Positions 36,870 to 47,367 of a stretch of DNA of 64,000 nt are shown here, piece after piece. Under the pieces are notes generated by a model that worked only from the letters and a program-made list of their open reading frames with translations, searched no databases and was not told the origin of the DNA. Both the position numbers and the translations under genes were made by a program. Source of the stretch: an uncultured Acidobacteriota bacterium (GTDB lineage Bacteria; Acidobacteriota; Vicinamibacteria; Vicinamibacterales; SCN-69-37); the NCBI GenBank assembly GCA_963849525.1, contig CAWKHL010000004.1, forward strand, positions 196,999 to 260,998, written 5' to 3'. Every line of letters begins with the position of its first letter. Position 1 is the stretch's first letter.

Positions 36870-38374
36870 ATGGTACCGCGACCATTGAGGATATTGGCGC
36901 CGACGTCCGAGACTCCCCTCATTCTCCTGACCGGCGCCAGCGGCTACGTGGGCGGCCGGCTCCTGTTGATGCTCGAAGCGCAGGGGCGCCGCTTGCGCTT
37001 CTGGCGCGTCGGCCGGCCGCGCTGGCGTCGAAAGTGGCGCCGGCGACCGAGGTCGTCGCCGGTGACGTCTTCGATCCATCGAGTCTTGACGCCGCCCTGC
37101 GCGGCGTGCGCGTGGCCTACTACCTCGTCCATTCGATGGGCGCCACCGGATCGTTCGAAGACGCGGATCGTCGCGCTGCCGAAAATTTCGGGCGCGCCGC
37201 GCGCACGGCCGGCGTCGAGCGGATCATCTATCTGGGCGGCCTCGGCCGGGAGGAAGAGGATCTGTCGCCGCATCTGCGCAGCCGGCACGAAGTGGGCCGC
37301 GTGCTCGGCGCCGCCGGCGTGCCGGTCCTCGAGTTCCGCGCCTCGATCGTCATGGGATCGGGCAGCCTCTCGTTCGAGCTGATCCGCGCGCTGGTCGAGC
37401 ACCTGCCGGTCATGGTGACGCCCAAGTGGGTCAACGTGCCGGCGCAACCGATCGCGATTGACGACGTGCTGGCGTACCTCGGCGAAGCCCTGACACTCCC
37501 CGTCGAACAATGCCGCGTCTACGAGATTGGCGGCGCCGACCGCATGTCCTACGCCGACATCATGCGCACCTACGCCCGCCTTCGTGGCATGCGCCTCCGG
37601 ATGATTCCCGTGCCGGTGCTGACGCCGTTTCTCTCGAGCTTGTGGCTCGGACTCGTGACGCCGGTCTACGCCCGGATCGGCCGCAAGCTCATCGAGAGCA
37701 TCGTGCACTCCACGGTCGTCCGCGACGAGACCGCCCTGAGGGTGTTTGCTGTCCGGCCGATTGGCGTCGATGAAGCGATGCGGCGCATCCTGGCCAGCGA
37801 AGAGCGGGAATTCGCGTCCACGCGGTGGTCGGACGCCTTGTCGTCGGCGGGCGAGCTGCCGCAATGGGGCGGCGTGAAGTTCGGACCGCGCCTGGTTGAC
37901 TCCCGCACCGCGCGCGTCACGGCGGCTCCCGCGGACGCGTTTGCGCCGATCGAGCAGATCGGCGGTCGCACCGGGTGGTACGCGTGGAACTGGCTCTGGC
38001 GCGCCCGCGGGTTTCTCGACATGCTGGTCGGCGGCGTGGGGATGCGGCGCGGCCGCCGATCCGCGTCCTCGCTGCGAGTGGGCGATACCGTGGATGTCTG
38101 GCGCGTGGAAGTCTTCGAGCCCGGGCGGCTGTTGCGGCTGGCCGCCGAGATGAAGCTCCCGGGCCGCGCCTGGCTCGAATTCGAAGTCGTCCCCGACGGC
38201 GACGCCGTTGTCATCCGGCAGACGGCCATCTTTGACCCCGTGGGTTTCGCCGGCCGCGCCTATTGGTACGGTCTCTACCCGCTGCACAGCCTGGTGTTCG
38301 GCGGCATGCTGAGGGCCATCGCCCGCCGCGCCGGTCGCTCGCGATGGAATGGCGGCACGCGATCCGCGTCGTGA
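36870..38374 (+). CDS. NAD(P)-binding SDR-like protein fused to a DUF2867-like domain, frameshifted as sequenced near 36995
   Basis: LILLTGASGYVGGRLL (Rossmann GxxGxxG) is in frame 36870. The remainder is in frame 36848: ...VAGDVFDPSSL...YYLVHSMG...IYLGGLG...RTGWYAWNWLWRARGFLD. Confidence 0.75.
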
Positions 38375-38377
38375 CCA

Positions 38378-38536
38378 GTCGTCCCGGGTTTCGCTGGTCG
38401 TCATCGGCCTGCTCGGTCTCGTGATGAGCGCGAACGCCGCTGTCTTCGGCGTGGTCAACGCCACGCGGCTCTGGCCGCTGCCGACACCAATTCCGACAAG
38501 CTCGTGAGGCTCTGGGGCGCAACGTCACTCACGTAG
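38378..38536 (+). pseudogene. N-terminal fragment of an ADOP/MacB-type permease
   Basis: SRPGF | LVVIGLLGLVMSANAAVFGVVNATRLWPLP | DTNSDKLVRLWG is spread over three frames. It matches the N-termini of the two intact permeases here ([32 protein letters not shown]). It ends at a stop and has no downstream domain. Confidence 0.55.
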
Positions 38537-38701
38537 TGGTCCGAAAACCCCGGTCTTCTCACGGGAACGATCCAGGAAATGCGCGCGTTCAGGGAGGCCT
38601 CCAGCCGTCTCGTGTGGGCGCTCGATGGCGTCAGGTCGTCTGGCGCGCGGGGCCCGAACTGCCCTCGTGGTACAGTGCCCGCCGCTGGAGGTCTCCCATC
38701 C

Positions 38702-40072
38702 ATGAACAACGCGTCCGACGTCCGCGTGGGCGCATCCGACTTCCGCTGGACGTATGTGTTCGGGGCGCTCGGCGGCCTGCTGTTTGGGTACGACACCGGC
38801 ATCATCGCCGGGGCCATCCTCTTCATTCGTCGCGACCTCGGCCTGACGCCCCTCGCCCAGGGCCTGGTGGTCAGTTCGCTCCTGCTTGGCGCCCTGGTGG
38901 GCGCCGCCGCGTCCGGCTACTTGAGCGATCGGCTCGGACGCCGACGCCTGCTGCTCATCGCCGGCGCGGTCTTCACGGTCGGCGCGATCGGCGCGGCGCT
39001 GTCGCCCTCGGCCAACGTGCTCATGGGCTTCCGCTTCGTGCTCGGGCTGGCCGTCGGCGTCGCCTCCGTGATGGTGCCGCTGTATCTCTCCGAGATGGCG
39101 CCCACGCGTATCCGCGGCGCGCTCACCTCGCTCAACCAGCTGATGATCGCCATCGGCATCTTCATCGCCTACCTGACGGCGTTCGCCCTCTCGGGCATCG
39201 GCGCCTGGCGGCTCATGCTGGGCCTGGCCGCCGTGCCGTCGCTGCTGATGATGGCGGGCATCTGGTTCCAGGACGAGTCGCCGCGCTGGCTCGTCGTGCA
39301 CGGCCGCGACGACGAGGCCCGCGCGGTCCTCGCCCGCACGCGCACGCCAGACGCGGTGGAGCGCGAGATCGCCGAAATGCACCAGGCGGAGCAGGTCGAC
39401 CGCATGAGCCTGCTCGATCTGCTGCGCGCCCGATGGTTACGCCGAAATCTGATCTTCGCCGCCGTGCTGGCCGTCTTCCAGCAGCTCGTCGGCATCAACA
39501 CGATCGTCTACTACGCGCCGACGATTCTGAAGGCCGCGGGCTTCGGCAACTCCGCCGCCATCTTCAACAGCGTCGGCCTCGGCATGCTCTCGATCGTCAT
39601 GACCGTCGTCGCCGCCCGTGTGGTCGATCGCGTCGGCCGGAAGCCCCTGCTGCTCTGGGGGTTGGTCGGCATGGTCGCAAGCATGGCCGTCCTGGGCATC
39701 GTGTTCTACAGTGCCGCCCTCGATACCACCGGCGGCAAGGCCGCGGCTGTCGTCTGTCTCGCGATCTTCAAGGGCGCGTTTTCTCTGAGCTGGGGCCCGC
39801 TGATGGGCGTCATCCTGCCCGAGTTGCTGCCGCTCCACGCCCGTGGGACGGTGATGGGCGGCGCCATCTTTCTCAACTGGGGCACCAACTTCCTGGTGTC
39901 CCTGGTGTTTCCGGTCCTGCTCGTGGCCGGTGCCGGGGCTGTCTTTGAGATGTTCGCCGTCTCCGGCGTCCTGGCATTCTTCCTCACGGTGCGGCTGTTC
40001 AGTGAGACCACGGGCCGGAGCCTCGAGGAGCTCGAACTCGCGCAGCGCGCGGGCGCCGCCCGACCCTTATAG
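38702..40072 (+). CDS. MFS sugar porter family transporter
   Basis: GLLFGYDTGIIAGA, SDRLGRRR, PLYLSEMAPTRIRG and PELLPLHARG. Confidence 0.9.
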   Translation: MNNASDVRVGASDFRWTYVFGALGGLLFGYDTGIIAGAILFIRRDLGLTPLAQGLVVSSLLLGALVGAAASGYLSDRLGRRRLLLIAGAVFTVGAIGAALSPSANVLMGFRFVLGLAVGVASVMVPLYLSEMAPTRIRGALTSLNQLMIAIGIFIAYLTAFALSGIGAWRLMLGLAAVPSLLMMAGIWFQDESPRWLVVHGRDDEARAVLARTRTPDAVEREIAEMHQAEQVDRMSLLDLLRARWLRRNLIFAAVLAVFQQLVGINTIVYYAPTILKAAGFGNSAAIFNSVGLGMLSIVMTVVAARVVDRVGRKPLLLWGLVGMVASMAVLGIVFYSAALDTTGGKAAAVVCLAIFKGAFSLSWGPLMGVILPELLPLHARGTVMGGAIFLNWGTNFLVSLVFPVLLVAGAGAVFEMFAVSGVLAFFLTVRLFSETTGRSLEELELAQRAGAARPL

Positions 40073-40357
40073 CTGTAGCGACCGCGCGGCCCGGCGCAGC
40101 TGCGCGTCGGCGCACGAGAACCGCACGCCTTCGTCGTCGCACCGGCTGAGGAGTTCCTCGAACGATGCGAGGTGGACCGCATCGGCTCCGCTCAGGGCGT
40201 GCGCTTCGGCCAGGCGCCCCGCGGTCATGGCGAGGTCACCCGCGAGCGGAACGACGACAAACCGCGACCAATCCTCGCCCAGCTTGTCGACGGCCCGCTT
40301 CAATTCCGCGGGGCTCATCAGCTCGCGGACGCCGACGGCATCTGGGGGTGGCTTCAA
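40067..40357 (-). pseudogene. probable N-terminally truncated PIN-domain (VapC-like) toxin remnant
   Basis: The C-terminal two thirds look PIN-like (...AGRLAEAHALSGADAVHLASFEELL...VRFSCADAQLRRAA). The first acidic motif is absent, there is an in-frame TGA just upstream, and there is no antitoxin gene. Confidence 0.4.
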
Positions 40358-40510
40358 TGTGACTACAAATCTGGCATGGGGTGGTCACGATCCAAAACGG
40401 TTGGGCTTGCGGTTCATCACGCGCGCACTCGCCCCGCATGTTTGCCGATAGAGTACCGTGGTGGCCCGTTTCGAAACTCAGTCAAAGGACCGCGAAAGGA
40501 GACCCTCCAG

Positions 40511-40978
40511 ATGAAGTCACGTGTTGAGACGAAGAGCTACACCTCGTCAGGACTTTTCCAGGCGATGCGCGCGCTCGAGCGCGAGGTGCGAAGCGCCGGC
40601 CTCGAGCCCTCGCTGCTCGAGCTCGTGAAGGTTCGAGCGTCGCAGGTCAACGGGTGCGCGTACTGCATCGACATGCACACGACGGACGCGCGGGCAAAGG
40701 GCGAGACCGAACAGCGGCTCTACGCGCTCGACGCCTGGCGTGAGGCGCCGTTCTTCAGCGACCGGGAGCGGGCGGCGCTCGAGTGGACCGAGGCGGTCAC
40801 CCTCGTCGCCGACACGCACGTGCCCGACGACGTCTACGAGCGGGTACGGCAACAGTTCGAGGAGAAGGACGTCATCGCGCTGACGTTCGCGGTCGCGACC
40901 ATCAACGCGTGGAACCGTCTGGCGATTTCGTTCCGGATTCCAGCCGGCACCTATCGGCGCGAGCCCGCCGCCGTCTGA
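40511..40978 (+). CDS. carboxymuconolactone decarboxylase / AhpD-like family protein
   Basis: AAGGAG Shine-Dalgarno. Motifs VRASQVNGCAYCIDMHT and ERAALEWTEAVT. Confidence 0.85.
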   Translation: MKSRVETKSYTSSGLFQAMRALEREVRSAGLEPSLLELVKVRASQVNGCAYCIDMHTTDARAKGETEQRLYALDAWREAPFFSDRERAALEWTEAVTLVADTHVPDDVYERVRQQFEEKDVIALTFAVATINAWNRLAISFRIPAGTYRREPAAV

Positions 40979-41373
40979 CCCCGGCGCGGGGTTCCCGGCC
41001 GGCCGATCACGACGCGCGCCACGGCAAGCTGCGCCATCACGCGGACCTGAGGCGCCCAGCCGTTCTGCCGCGCCCAGGTGATGAGCGCGTTGGCGCCGGG
41101 CGTTGGGTGGGGGAGAAATACGCCAAAGGCCGCCGCCGGTTGTGCCACTTCGCTGGTGTGATCGCAGGTCCAGCCGCCCTGCGTGAGCACGTCGCGCAGG
41201 TTGAACGCCAGGGCTCGCGTGCCAGGGTCGCCGATCGGATACACGAGGTCGAAGTGCTCCGGCCCGACGCTCTGGAGGTTCGAGATCAGAACGTTCGCGG
41301 CCGGGCCTAAGCCGCGCCGGCCGCCTCCGCGCGCAAACAGCGCGCCCGACCGGTCCGGCCCGCCCTGCCGCAT
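40951..41373 (-). CDS. globular domain that is either the frameshifted extracytoplasmic C-terminus of the kinase or an independent 140-aa ORF
   Basis: Protein-like sequence [43 protein letters not shown]...[15 protein letters not shown], in a frame different from the kinase tail. An ATG is at 41373. Confidence 0.4.
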   Translation of the reverse strand: MRQGGPDRSGALFARGGGRRGLGPAANVLISNLQSVGPEHFDLVYPIGDPGTRALAFNLRDVLTQGGWTCDHTSEVAQPAAAFGVFLPHPTPGANALITWARQNGWAPQVRVMAQLAVARVVIGRPGTPRRGQTAAGSRR

Positions 41374-42743
41374 CGTCTCCGGACGGATTGGGAAACCGAC
41401 GTGCGCCGAGTCGCTAGGGCCGGGAAACGGGGGCAGGGCGGCGGAGGCGCGTCCACCGGCGCTTGGCCTCGCGGACGCCGCGCGTCGGGACCGTTGACCG
41501 AACCGTCCGCGGGCGCGGCCGCCGGCCCTGCCGTCGAGGCTCCCGACGCTTTGGGCGACCTTGCGATCGGCGGGTCGGGCGGAGGATCGGGCGAAGCAGG
41601 CTGTGGCGTTGGCGCCGCCGGCGCGGCGGCTTGTTCGACTGGCGCCGGCGCCGCCCGCGGACCGAACCAGTGGGCGCCGGCCCAGGCGGCGGCAACGATC
41701 GCGGCGAGCACCAGGACGGCGGCCGCGATTCGCCCCGGCGTGAGCGTTCGCACAGCCGCCGCCGGCGCCGGGCCAGACCCGGCGGAGGGGAGCATCGCGG
41801 CTGACGCGGAGCCGGAAGACGCGAGAGGCGCCGCGCCGGTCGCCACCGAGGCCAGCACGGCCGCGCGTACCGCATCGGAGCTCGACTGCCGCTTGACGCG
41901 CGCGAGGTCGGCGCGCAGTTCGGCGGCCGTCTGGCAACGGAGCGCGCGGTCCTTCTCGAGTGTCTTGAGGATTGCGTCTTCGAGGCGCTCCGGCAGCTCC
42001 GGGCGCAGCGTGCGCGGCGGCGGCGGATCGCTGTTGAGGATCGCCGCCAGGACCACCGCGGTGGTGGCGCCCGTGAACGCTCGGCGCCCCGTCGCCATCT
42101 CGTAGAGGACGAGCCCCAGCGAGAACAGATCCGACCGCGCGTCGAGCGCTTCGCCGCTCAACTGCTCCGGCGACATGTAGGCGACGGTCCCGACGGTCGT
42201 GCCGAGCGTCGTGAGCGCCTCGTCGGCTTGGCGCGTCACGTCGTCGGCGGGCCCGACGAGCGCCTTCGCCAGCCCGAAGTCGAGAATCTTCGGCACGCCG
42301 CGCGTGGTCAGGAAGATGTTCGCCGGCTTCAGGTCGCGATGGATGAGCCCCCGCTGGTGCGCGGCGTCGAGGCCGTCGGCGACGGCCATGCCGATCTCGA
42401 TGAGCGGCGCCACGTCGAACGGGCCGCGCGCCAGCCGGTCGAGCAGGGTCTCGCCCTCGAGGAGCTCCATGACCAGATACGGCGCGGCCGGCGACCCCGC
42501 GCTCGCGGGGACCTCACCGATGTCGTAGATGGCGCAGATATTCGGGTGATTCAGCGCGGCGATGGCGCGCGCTTCGCGGTCGAAGCGGGCGCGCGCCGCC
42601 GAATCGGCCGTCCGATCGGCCGGCAGCACCTTGAGCGCGACCATCCGGTCGAGCCGCGTGTCGCGGGCTCGGTAGACCTCGCCCATGCCGCCGGCGCCCA
42701 GCTTGTCCTTGACCTGATACGGGCCGAGCGTCATGCCAATCAT
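41307..42743 (-). CDS. Hanks-type serine/threonine protein kinase with one TM segment
   Basis: [34 protein letters not shown] and YMSPEQ. A TM segment [19 protein letters not shown] follows, then a Pro/Ala-rich tail. Confidence 0.9.
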   Translation of the reverse strand: MIGMTLGPYQVKDKLGAGGMGEVYRARDTRLDRMVALKVLPADRTADSAARARFDREARAIAALNHPNICAIYDIGEVPASAGSPAAPYLVMELLEGETLLDRLARGPFDVAPLIEIGMAVADGLDAAHQRGLIHRDLKPANIFLTTRGVPKILDFGLAKALVGPADDVTRQADEALTTLGTTVGTVAYMSPEQLSGEALDARSDLFSLGLVLYEMATGRRAFTGATTAVVLAAILNSDPPPPRTLRPELPERLEDAILKTLEKDRALRCQTAAELRADLARVKRQSSSDAVRAAVLASVATGAAPLASSGSASAAMLPSAGSGPAPAAAVRTLTPGRIAAAVLVLAAIVAAAWAGAHWFGPRAAPAPVEQAAAPAAPTPQPASPDPPPDPPIARSPKASGASTAGPAAAPADGSVNGPDARRPRGQAPVDAPPPPCPRFPALATRRTSVSQSVRRRCGRAGRTGRARCLRAEAAGAA

Positions 42744-42826
42744 GTGACCTGGCGCATCTTACAACGCAGCCGTGCGCAGTGCCGGCGGGTTGATCGATGC
42801 GGTCACGAGAGCCGGCCAGTGGGGCG

Positions 42827-45217
42827 TTACTCAGCGCGGAGCGTGACGGCGGGATCAATGCGGCTGGCGCGAACCGCCGGGCGGGCGCTGGCAAGGAGGG
42901 CCGTCACCAGCGTGGCCCCGGCGGCGATGCCGAATGACCATGGGTCGTGTGGGCCGATGCCGACGAGCACCGCGCGAACGCTCGTCGACCACCAGAACGC
43001 GAAGGCCAACCCGGCGGCTGTTCCGATGGCTGCTGGCACGAGGGTCTGCCGGACAACCAGCCGGCGCACGCGAGCCGTATCGGCACCGAGCGCCATGCGG
43101 ATTCCGATCTCGCGCGTGCGCCGTGAGACCAGGTAGCTCACCACTCCGAGCACGCCGAAGCCGGCGAGCAGGGCCGTCAGTCCGGCGAGAACGCCCAGCG
43201 AGGCCGCCAGGAATCTCGGTTGTCCAATGAATCGATCCCAGGATGCCAGGCCCGCCGTGCCGCTCCACTTCATGCCGGGGACCGCGTGAGTGGCGGCCGC
43301 CGAAATCTGCGAGGCGTTGGCGGGACGCTCCGAGTCGAGCCGGAGGATGACCATCAGATTGTTGAAGCGGGGAGACGACGTGTCGAACGTCGCGAACACC
43401 GTGCCGATGGGGCGCGAGGTGTCAGCGAAAGACCAGTGAACGGCGTCCATGACGCCAACGACCGTGAGCTTCCGGTCGCCGCGCAGGCGGACGGTCTGGC
43501 CGAGCGCGGCCTGCCCGGGCCACAGCGCGTCGGCGGCCAGCCGGTTGACGACCGCGACCCGCGCGCCGCTGAACGCCTCGGCGTCGGTGAACACTCGGCC
43601 TTGGGCGAGGTGCATGGCCATGGTCGCAGGAAACTGCTGCGTGACTTCGTAGGCGAGTACGTCGCTGATAGGCTCGCCAGCGGCATTGAGTGCGCCCCCC
43701 GGGACCGTCAACGCCGGCACGCCGTTGCCGACCCCGACGCTCGCGACGCCCGGGACGCGGCCGAGCGCGTCGAGGAGCTGCCGATATCGGGCGACCGAGA
43801 CCTCGGGTGTTGCGGCCGGCGGCATCTGCATGTTGGCGAGTTGCACGTGAGCGGGATCGAACCCGCGATCCTTGCTGACGAGCTGCTCGAACGACCGCAC
43901 GACCAGCAGGCACGTGACGACGAGCCCGACGGCGAACGCCGTCTGGCCCGCGATGGCCAGTGCTTCGCCGCCCAGACGCCATCCGCGCCGTGCGTCCTGG
44001 TTCGACGACAGGGCCGTGCGCAGGTTGACGTGCGAAGCCCGCCAGGCGGGCCAGACCGTGAGGGCCAGCATCCCCACCGCGGCGAGCAGAGTCGCGAACA
44101 GCGCCACGCGAGTGTTGAGGCCCGCCGGCAGCAGACGATAAATGTGGCCGAACGTCGGCGTGTAGCCGATGCCCCACGAGAAGAGCAGGTCGCCTGTGAT
44201 CACGCCGACCCAGGCGCCGCCGACTGAGAGCAGCGCCGCGTCGGCGGCCAGTAGGCGCACGACACGCCAGCGGCTCGCACCGAGCGCCAGACGGACGGTG
44301 AGATCTCTGGCGCGCATCCGCGCACGTGCCTGCGCCATGTGCGCGAGGTTCACACAGGCGAGCAACAATAGGCAGCCCGTCGCAATAAAGAGCAGGAGAA
44401 GCGGCGTCCGCATGCCCGAGAACAACACATCCTGCAACGGCACGAGATGGGCTTGGCGCCCTTGGACGAAGGAGGGGTTCGCCCGGTCGACGTCAGCGAG
44501 AATCCGCGTGACCTCGGACTCCGCCTGCGCGAACGTGAAGCCTGGGCGCACCCGAGCGATGACCGGCGGAATGAAGTTGGTTTGCCCGAGGTATCGAGGA
44601 TCCAGCCGGATCGGAACAATGAACCCCGGCGCCTGGTTTGCCGGGTTGGGATAGAAGAACTCCCGCGGCAGCACTCCGACGATGTCCACGGATCCCGTTT
44701 GCGGCGGTGCCAGATCGAGGCGCGTGCCGATGACGTCGGTTCGCCCTCCGAAGGCGCGCTGCCAGAACGCCCAGCTCAGCATCGCGACGACCGGCGTGTC
44801 GCTGTCCGTCCGGCTGTATTCGTCCGGCGTGAAGGCGCGGCCAAGCGCGGGGTGGAGTCCCGTCAGGTGAAGGAATTCGCGGCTGATACCGCCTCCCAGG
44901 ACTGGCTTGGGCTCATTCGGCACCGACGCGAACGCGAGGCCTCCATCGGTCGAGACGTCCTCCAGGCTGCGGGCATGCTGGGAAATGGTGACGAAATCGT
45001 CGGTGTACGTCCACGTCTCGGCGCCGTTCACGCTTGGGCGGAGCACCACGATGCGGCCCGCGTCCTCCCAGGGAAGCGGGCGGACGATCATCGGATCGGC
45101 CAGGGTGAACACGGCTGTCGCCCCACCGATTCCGAGACCGAGCGTGATTACGACGACGAGCACATAGGCAGGCGAGCGCGCGAGCAGGCGCAGGGCCAAG
45201 CGAAGGTCGGCGACCAT
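42827..45217 (-). CDS. ADOP-family duplicated FtsX/MacB-type permease
   Basis: A 796-aa protein with N-terminus LRLLARSPAYVLVVVITLGLGIGGATAVFTLADPMIVRPLP and two FtsX-like modules. Confidence 0.85.
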   Translation of the reverse strand: MVADLRLALRLLARSPAYVLVVVITLGLGIGGATAVFTLADPMIVRPLPWEDAGRIVVLRPSVNGAETWTYTDDFVTISQHARSLEDVSTDGGLAFASVPNEPKPVLGGGISREFLHLTGLHPALGRAFTPDEYSRTDSDTPVVAMLSWAFWQRAFGGRTDVIGTRLDLAPPQTGSVDIVGVLPREFFYPNPANQAPGFIVPIRLDPRYLGQTNFIPPVIARVRPGFTFAQAESEVTRILADVDRANPSFVQGRQAHLVPLQDVLFSGMRTPLLLLFIATGCLLLLACVNLAHMAQARARMRARDLTVRLALGASRWRVVRLLAADAALLSVGGAWVGVITGDLLFSWGIGYTPTFGHIYRLLPAGLNTRVALFATLLAAVGMLALTVWPAWRASHVNLRTALSSNQDARRGWRLGGEALAIAGQTAFAVGLVVTCLLVVRSFEQLVSKDRGFDPAHVQLANMQMPPAATPEVSVARYRQLLDALGRVPGVASVGVGNGVPALTVPGGALNAAGEPISDVLAYEVTQQFPATMAMHLAQGRVFTDAEAFSGARVAVVNRLAADALWPGQAALGQTVRLRGDRKLTVVGVMDAVHWSFADTSRPIGTVFATFDTSSPRFNNLMVILRLDSERPANASQISAAATHAVPGMKWSGTAGLASWDRFIGQPRFLAASLGVLAGLTALLAGFGVLGVVSYLVSRRTREIGIRMALGADTARVRRLVVRQTLVPAAIGTAAGLAFAFWWSTSVRAVLVGIGPHDPWSFGIAAGATLVTALLASARPAVRASRIDPAVTLRAE

Positions 45218-45398
45218 GAGGGTCTCCAGTCGTCAGACAGAGCGGAACGCATTGTAGATCGGACGCTCGCTCGAGCTGCATTTACAATCCGGGAGACCGG
45301 AGCCCCATGACGAGCGACGAATGCATCGCGCAGTGCCGTACGCACACGGCCGGGAGGCCGAACGGCACGGCGCCGGCCCCGCTCGCCGGAGGAACGAC

Positions 45399-47102
45399 AT
45401 GAAGACCAGATGGACTCCAGGGGCCGCCGCGCTGGCGTTGGCGGGAATGTGCATGGCGACCGGTTGCGGGCGGGGCAGGAACGAGCCGCCGCCCGCGGCC
45501 CCTCTGCCGAACATCACCGCGGCGGATGTCCATCCGATGCCGCGCGACCAGGTCCAGGACGGGGGCACACTCACGTGGCCGCTCGAGGACATGCCGCCCA
45601 ACTTCAACTACGCCCAGATCGACAACGACATGATGGGCGCCTGGGTGATGACGGCCCTGATGCCCAAGACCCATACGAATCTGGCCGACGGGACGCCGGT
45701 CTGGGATCCGGACTACCTCGCGTCAAAACCCACGCTCGTCACCGATCCGAAGGAGGTCGTCACGTTCGAGATCAACCCGAAGGCGGTCTGGACCGACGGC
45801 ACGCCCATCACGTGGCAGGATTTCTACTGGCAGTGGCGCGCGTGCAATGGGTCGAACCAGGCGTACCACATCGCGTCGGCCAACGGGTTCGAGGACATCG
45901 AGAGCGTCGCGCGGGGCAAGGACGACCGCGAGGTCATCGTGACGTTCAAGCGGAAGTTCGCCGATTGGCAGAGCATCTTCTTCGACATCTACCCGGCGTT
46001 GACGAACAAGGATCCGGACGTCTTCAATGACGGCTGGCGGGGGCGGATGCGTCAGACCGCCGGGCCGTTCAAGCTGCAGAGTATCAATCAAACGAGCCAG
46101 ACGATTACGCTCGTCCGCAACGACCGGTGGTGGGGGACGCCCGCGAAGCTCGACACGATCGTGTTTCGCACGATTGGTCTCGACGCCCAGATCGACTCAC
46201 TCGCGAACGGCGAGATCGACGTGGTGGACATCGGGGCGAACGCCGATATCTACCAGCGCGCGAAGCGCCTGCCCGGCATCGACCTGCGCGACGCCGCCGG
46301 GCCCAACTTCCGTCACGTGACGTTCAACGGGACGGGCGCCATTCTCAGCGATGTCCGCGTGCGCCGGGCGATCGCGATGGCCATCGATCGGAAGGCGATT
46401 GCCCAGGCGCTGCTGGGGCCGCTCGATATCGACCCGCAGGTCCTGAACAACCACATCTTCATGACCAACCAGCGCGGATATCAGGACAACTCGGGCGCGA
46501 TCGGGACGTTCGATCCCGACAAGGCGAAACAGATGCTCGACGAGGCCGGCTGGACGCGGCACGGGGACGTGCGTCAAAAGGACGGCCACCCGCTCGAGTT
46601 GAATTTCGTGATTCAGGCCACCACCCCCGCCTCGAGGCAGGAGGCCGAGCTGGTGCAGAACATGCTGGCCCAGGTGGGTGTCAAGGTGGACATCAACGCC
46701 GTGCCCGCCAATGACTTCTTCAGCCGCTACGTCAACACGGGGCAGTTCGACCTGACCGTGTTCGCGTGGATGGGCACGTCGTATCCGATCAGCGCCAACC
46801 GGTCGATTTACATCACGCCGACGCGCGACGCGAAAGGGGAGCTGAACGTGCAGCAGAACTACGCGCGGGTGGGCTCGCCCGCGCTCGACCACCTGCTCGA
46901 CGCGGCCTCGGCGGAGCTGGACCCGCAGAAGGGCATCGCGCTGGCCAATCAAGCCGACGCCCTCATTTGGCAGGAGGTCCACTCGATCACCACCTACCAG
47001 CGGCCGGACATCTGGGCCTGCAAGAAGGGGCTGGCCAATTTCGGTGCCACTGGATTGGCCCAGTTTCAGAATTACGAGGACATGGGTTGGGCCAAGCCGT
47101 AG
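45399..47102 (+). CDS. ABC transporter substrate-binding lipoprotein (family 5, peptide/nickel type), orphan
   Basis: Lipobox LAGMCMATGC and SBP_bac_5-like sequence throughout. No adjacent permease or ATPase genes. Confidence 0.8.
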   Translation: MKTRWTPGAAALALAGMCMATGCGRGRNEPPPAAPLPNITAADVHPMPRDQVQDGGTLTWPLEDMPPNFNYAQIDNDMMGAWVMTALMPKTHTNLADGTPVWDPDYLASKPTLVTDPKEVVTFEINPKAVWTDGTPITWQDFYWQWRACNGSNQAYHIASANGFEDIESVARGKDDREVIVTFKRKFADWQSIFFDIYPALTNKDPDVFNDGWRGRMRQTAGPFKLQSINQTSQTITLVRNDRWWGTPAKLDTIVFRTIGLDAQIDSLANGEIDVVDIGANADIYQRAKRLPGIDLRDAAGPNFRHVTFNGTGAILSDVRVRRAIAMAIDRKAIAQALLGPLDIDPQVLNNHIFMTNQRGYQDNSGAIGTFDPDKAKQMLDEAGWTRHGDVRQKDGHPLELNFVIQATTPASRQEAELVQNMLAQVGVKVDINAVPANDFFSRYVNTGQFDLTVFAWMGTSYPISANRSIYITPTRDAKGELNVQQNYARVGSPALDHLLDAASAELDPQKGIALANQADALIWQEVHSITTYQRPDIWACKKGLANFGATGLAQFQNYEDMGWAKP

Positions 47103-47172
47103 CGGCCCATCGGGCATTCGCGTTCGCCGAAGTTCAAGCCGCCTTGACTCCGTAGCTGCTACACTTCCCGAC

Positions 47173-47367
47173 ATGGTGCCTGGCGCTGCAGGGCTCGATC
47201 CGGATCCCGTCGTCGAGGTGTACAAGCGGGACATCGACCGCACCCTGCTTCGAGAGAACCTGAAGTTAACGCCAGAGGCGCGCCTTCGGAAGCTGCAGGA
47301 TTTCGTCGCCTTCGCCGCCGCGCTCCGCGAGGCGGGCCGGGAGGCCGCTCGGCCCGCGCGGTCGTGA
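47173..47367 (+). CDS. small protein (64 aa) translationally coupled to the downstream nucleotidyltransferase
   Basis: MVPGAAGLDPDPVVEVYKRDIDRTLLRENLKLTPEARLRKLQDFVAFAAALREAG. GTGA overlap at 47364-47367. Confidence 0.55.
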   Translation: MVPGAAGLDPDPVVEVYKRDIDRTLLRENLKLTPEARLRKLQDFVAFAAALREAGREAARPARS

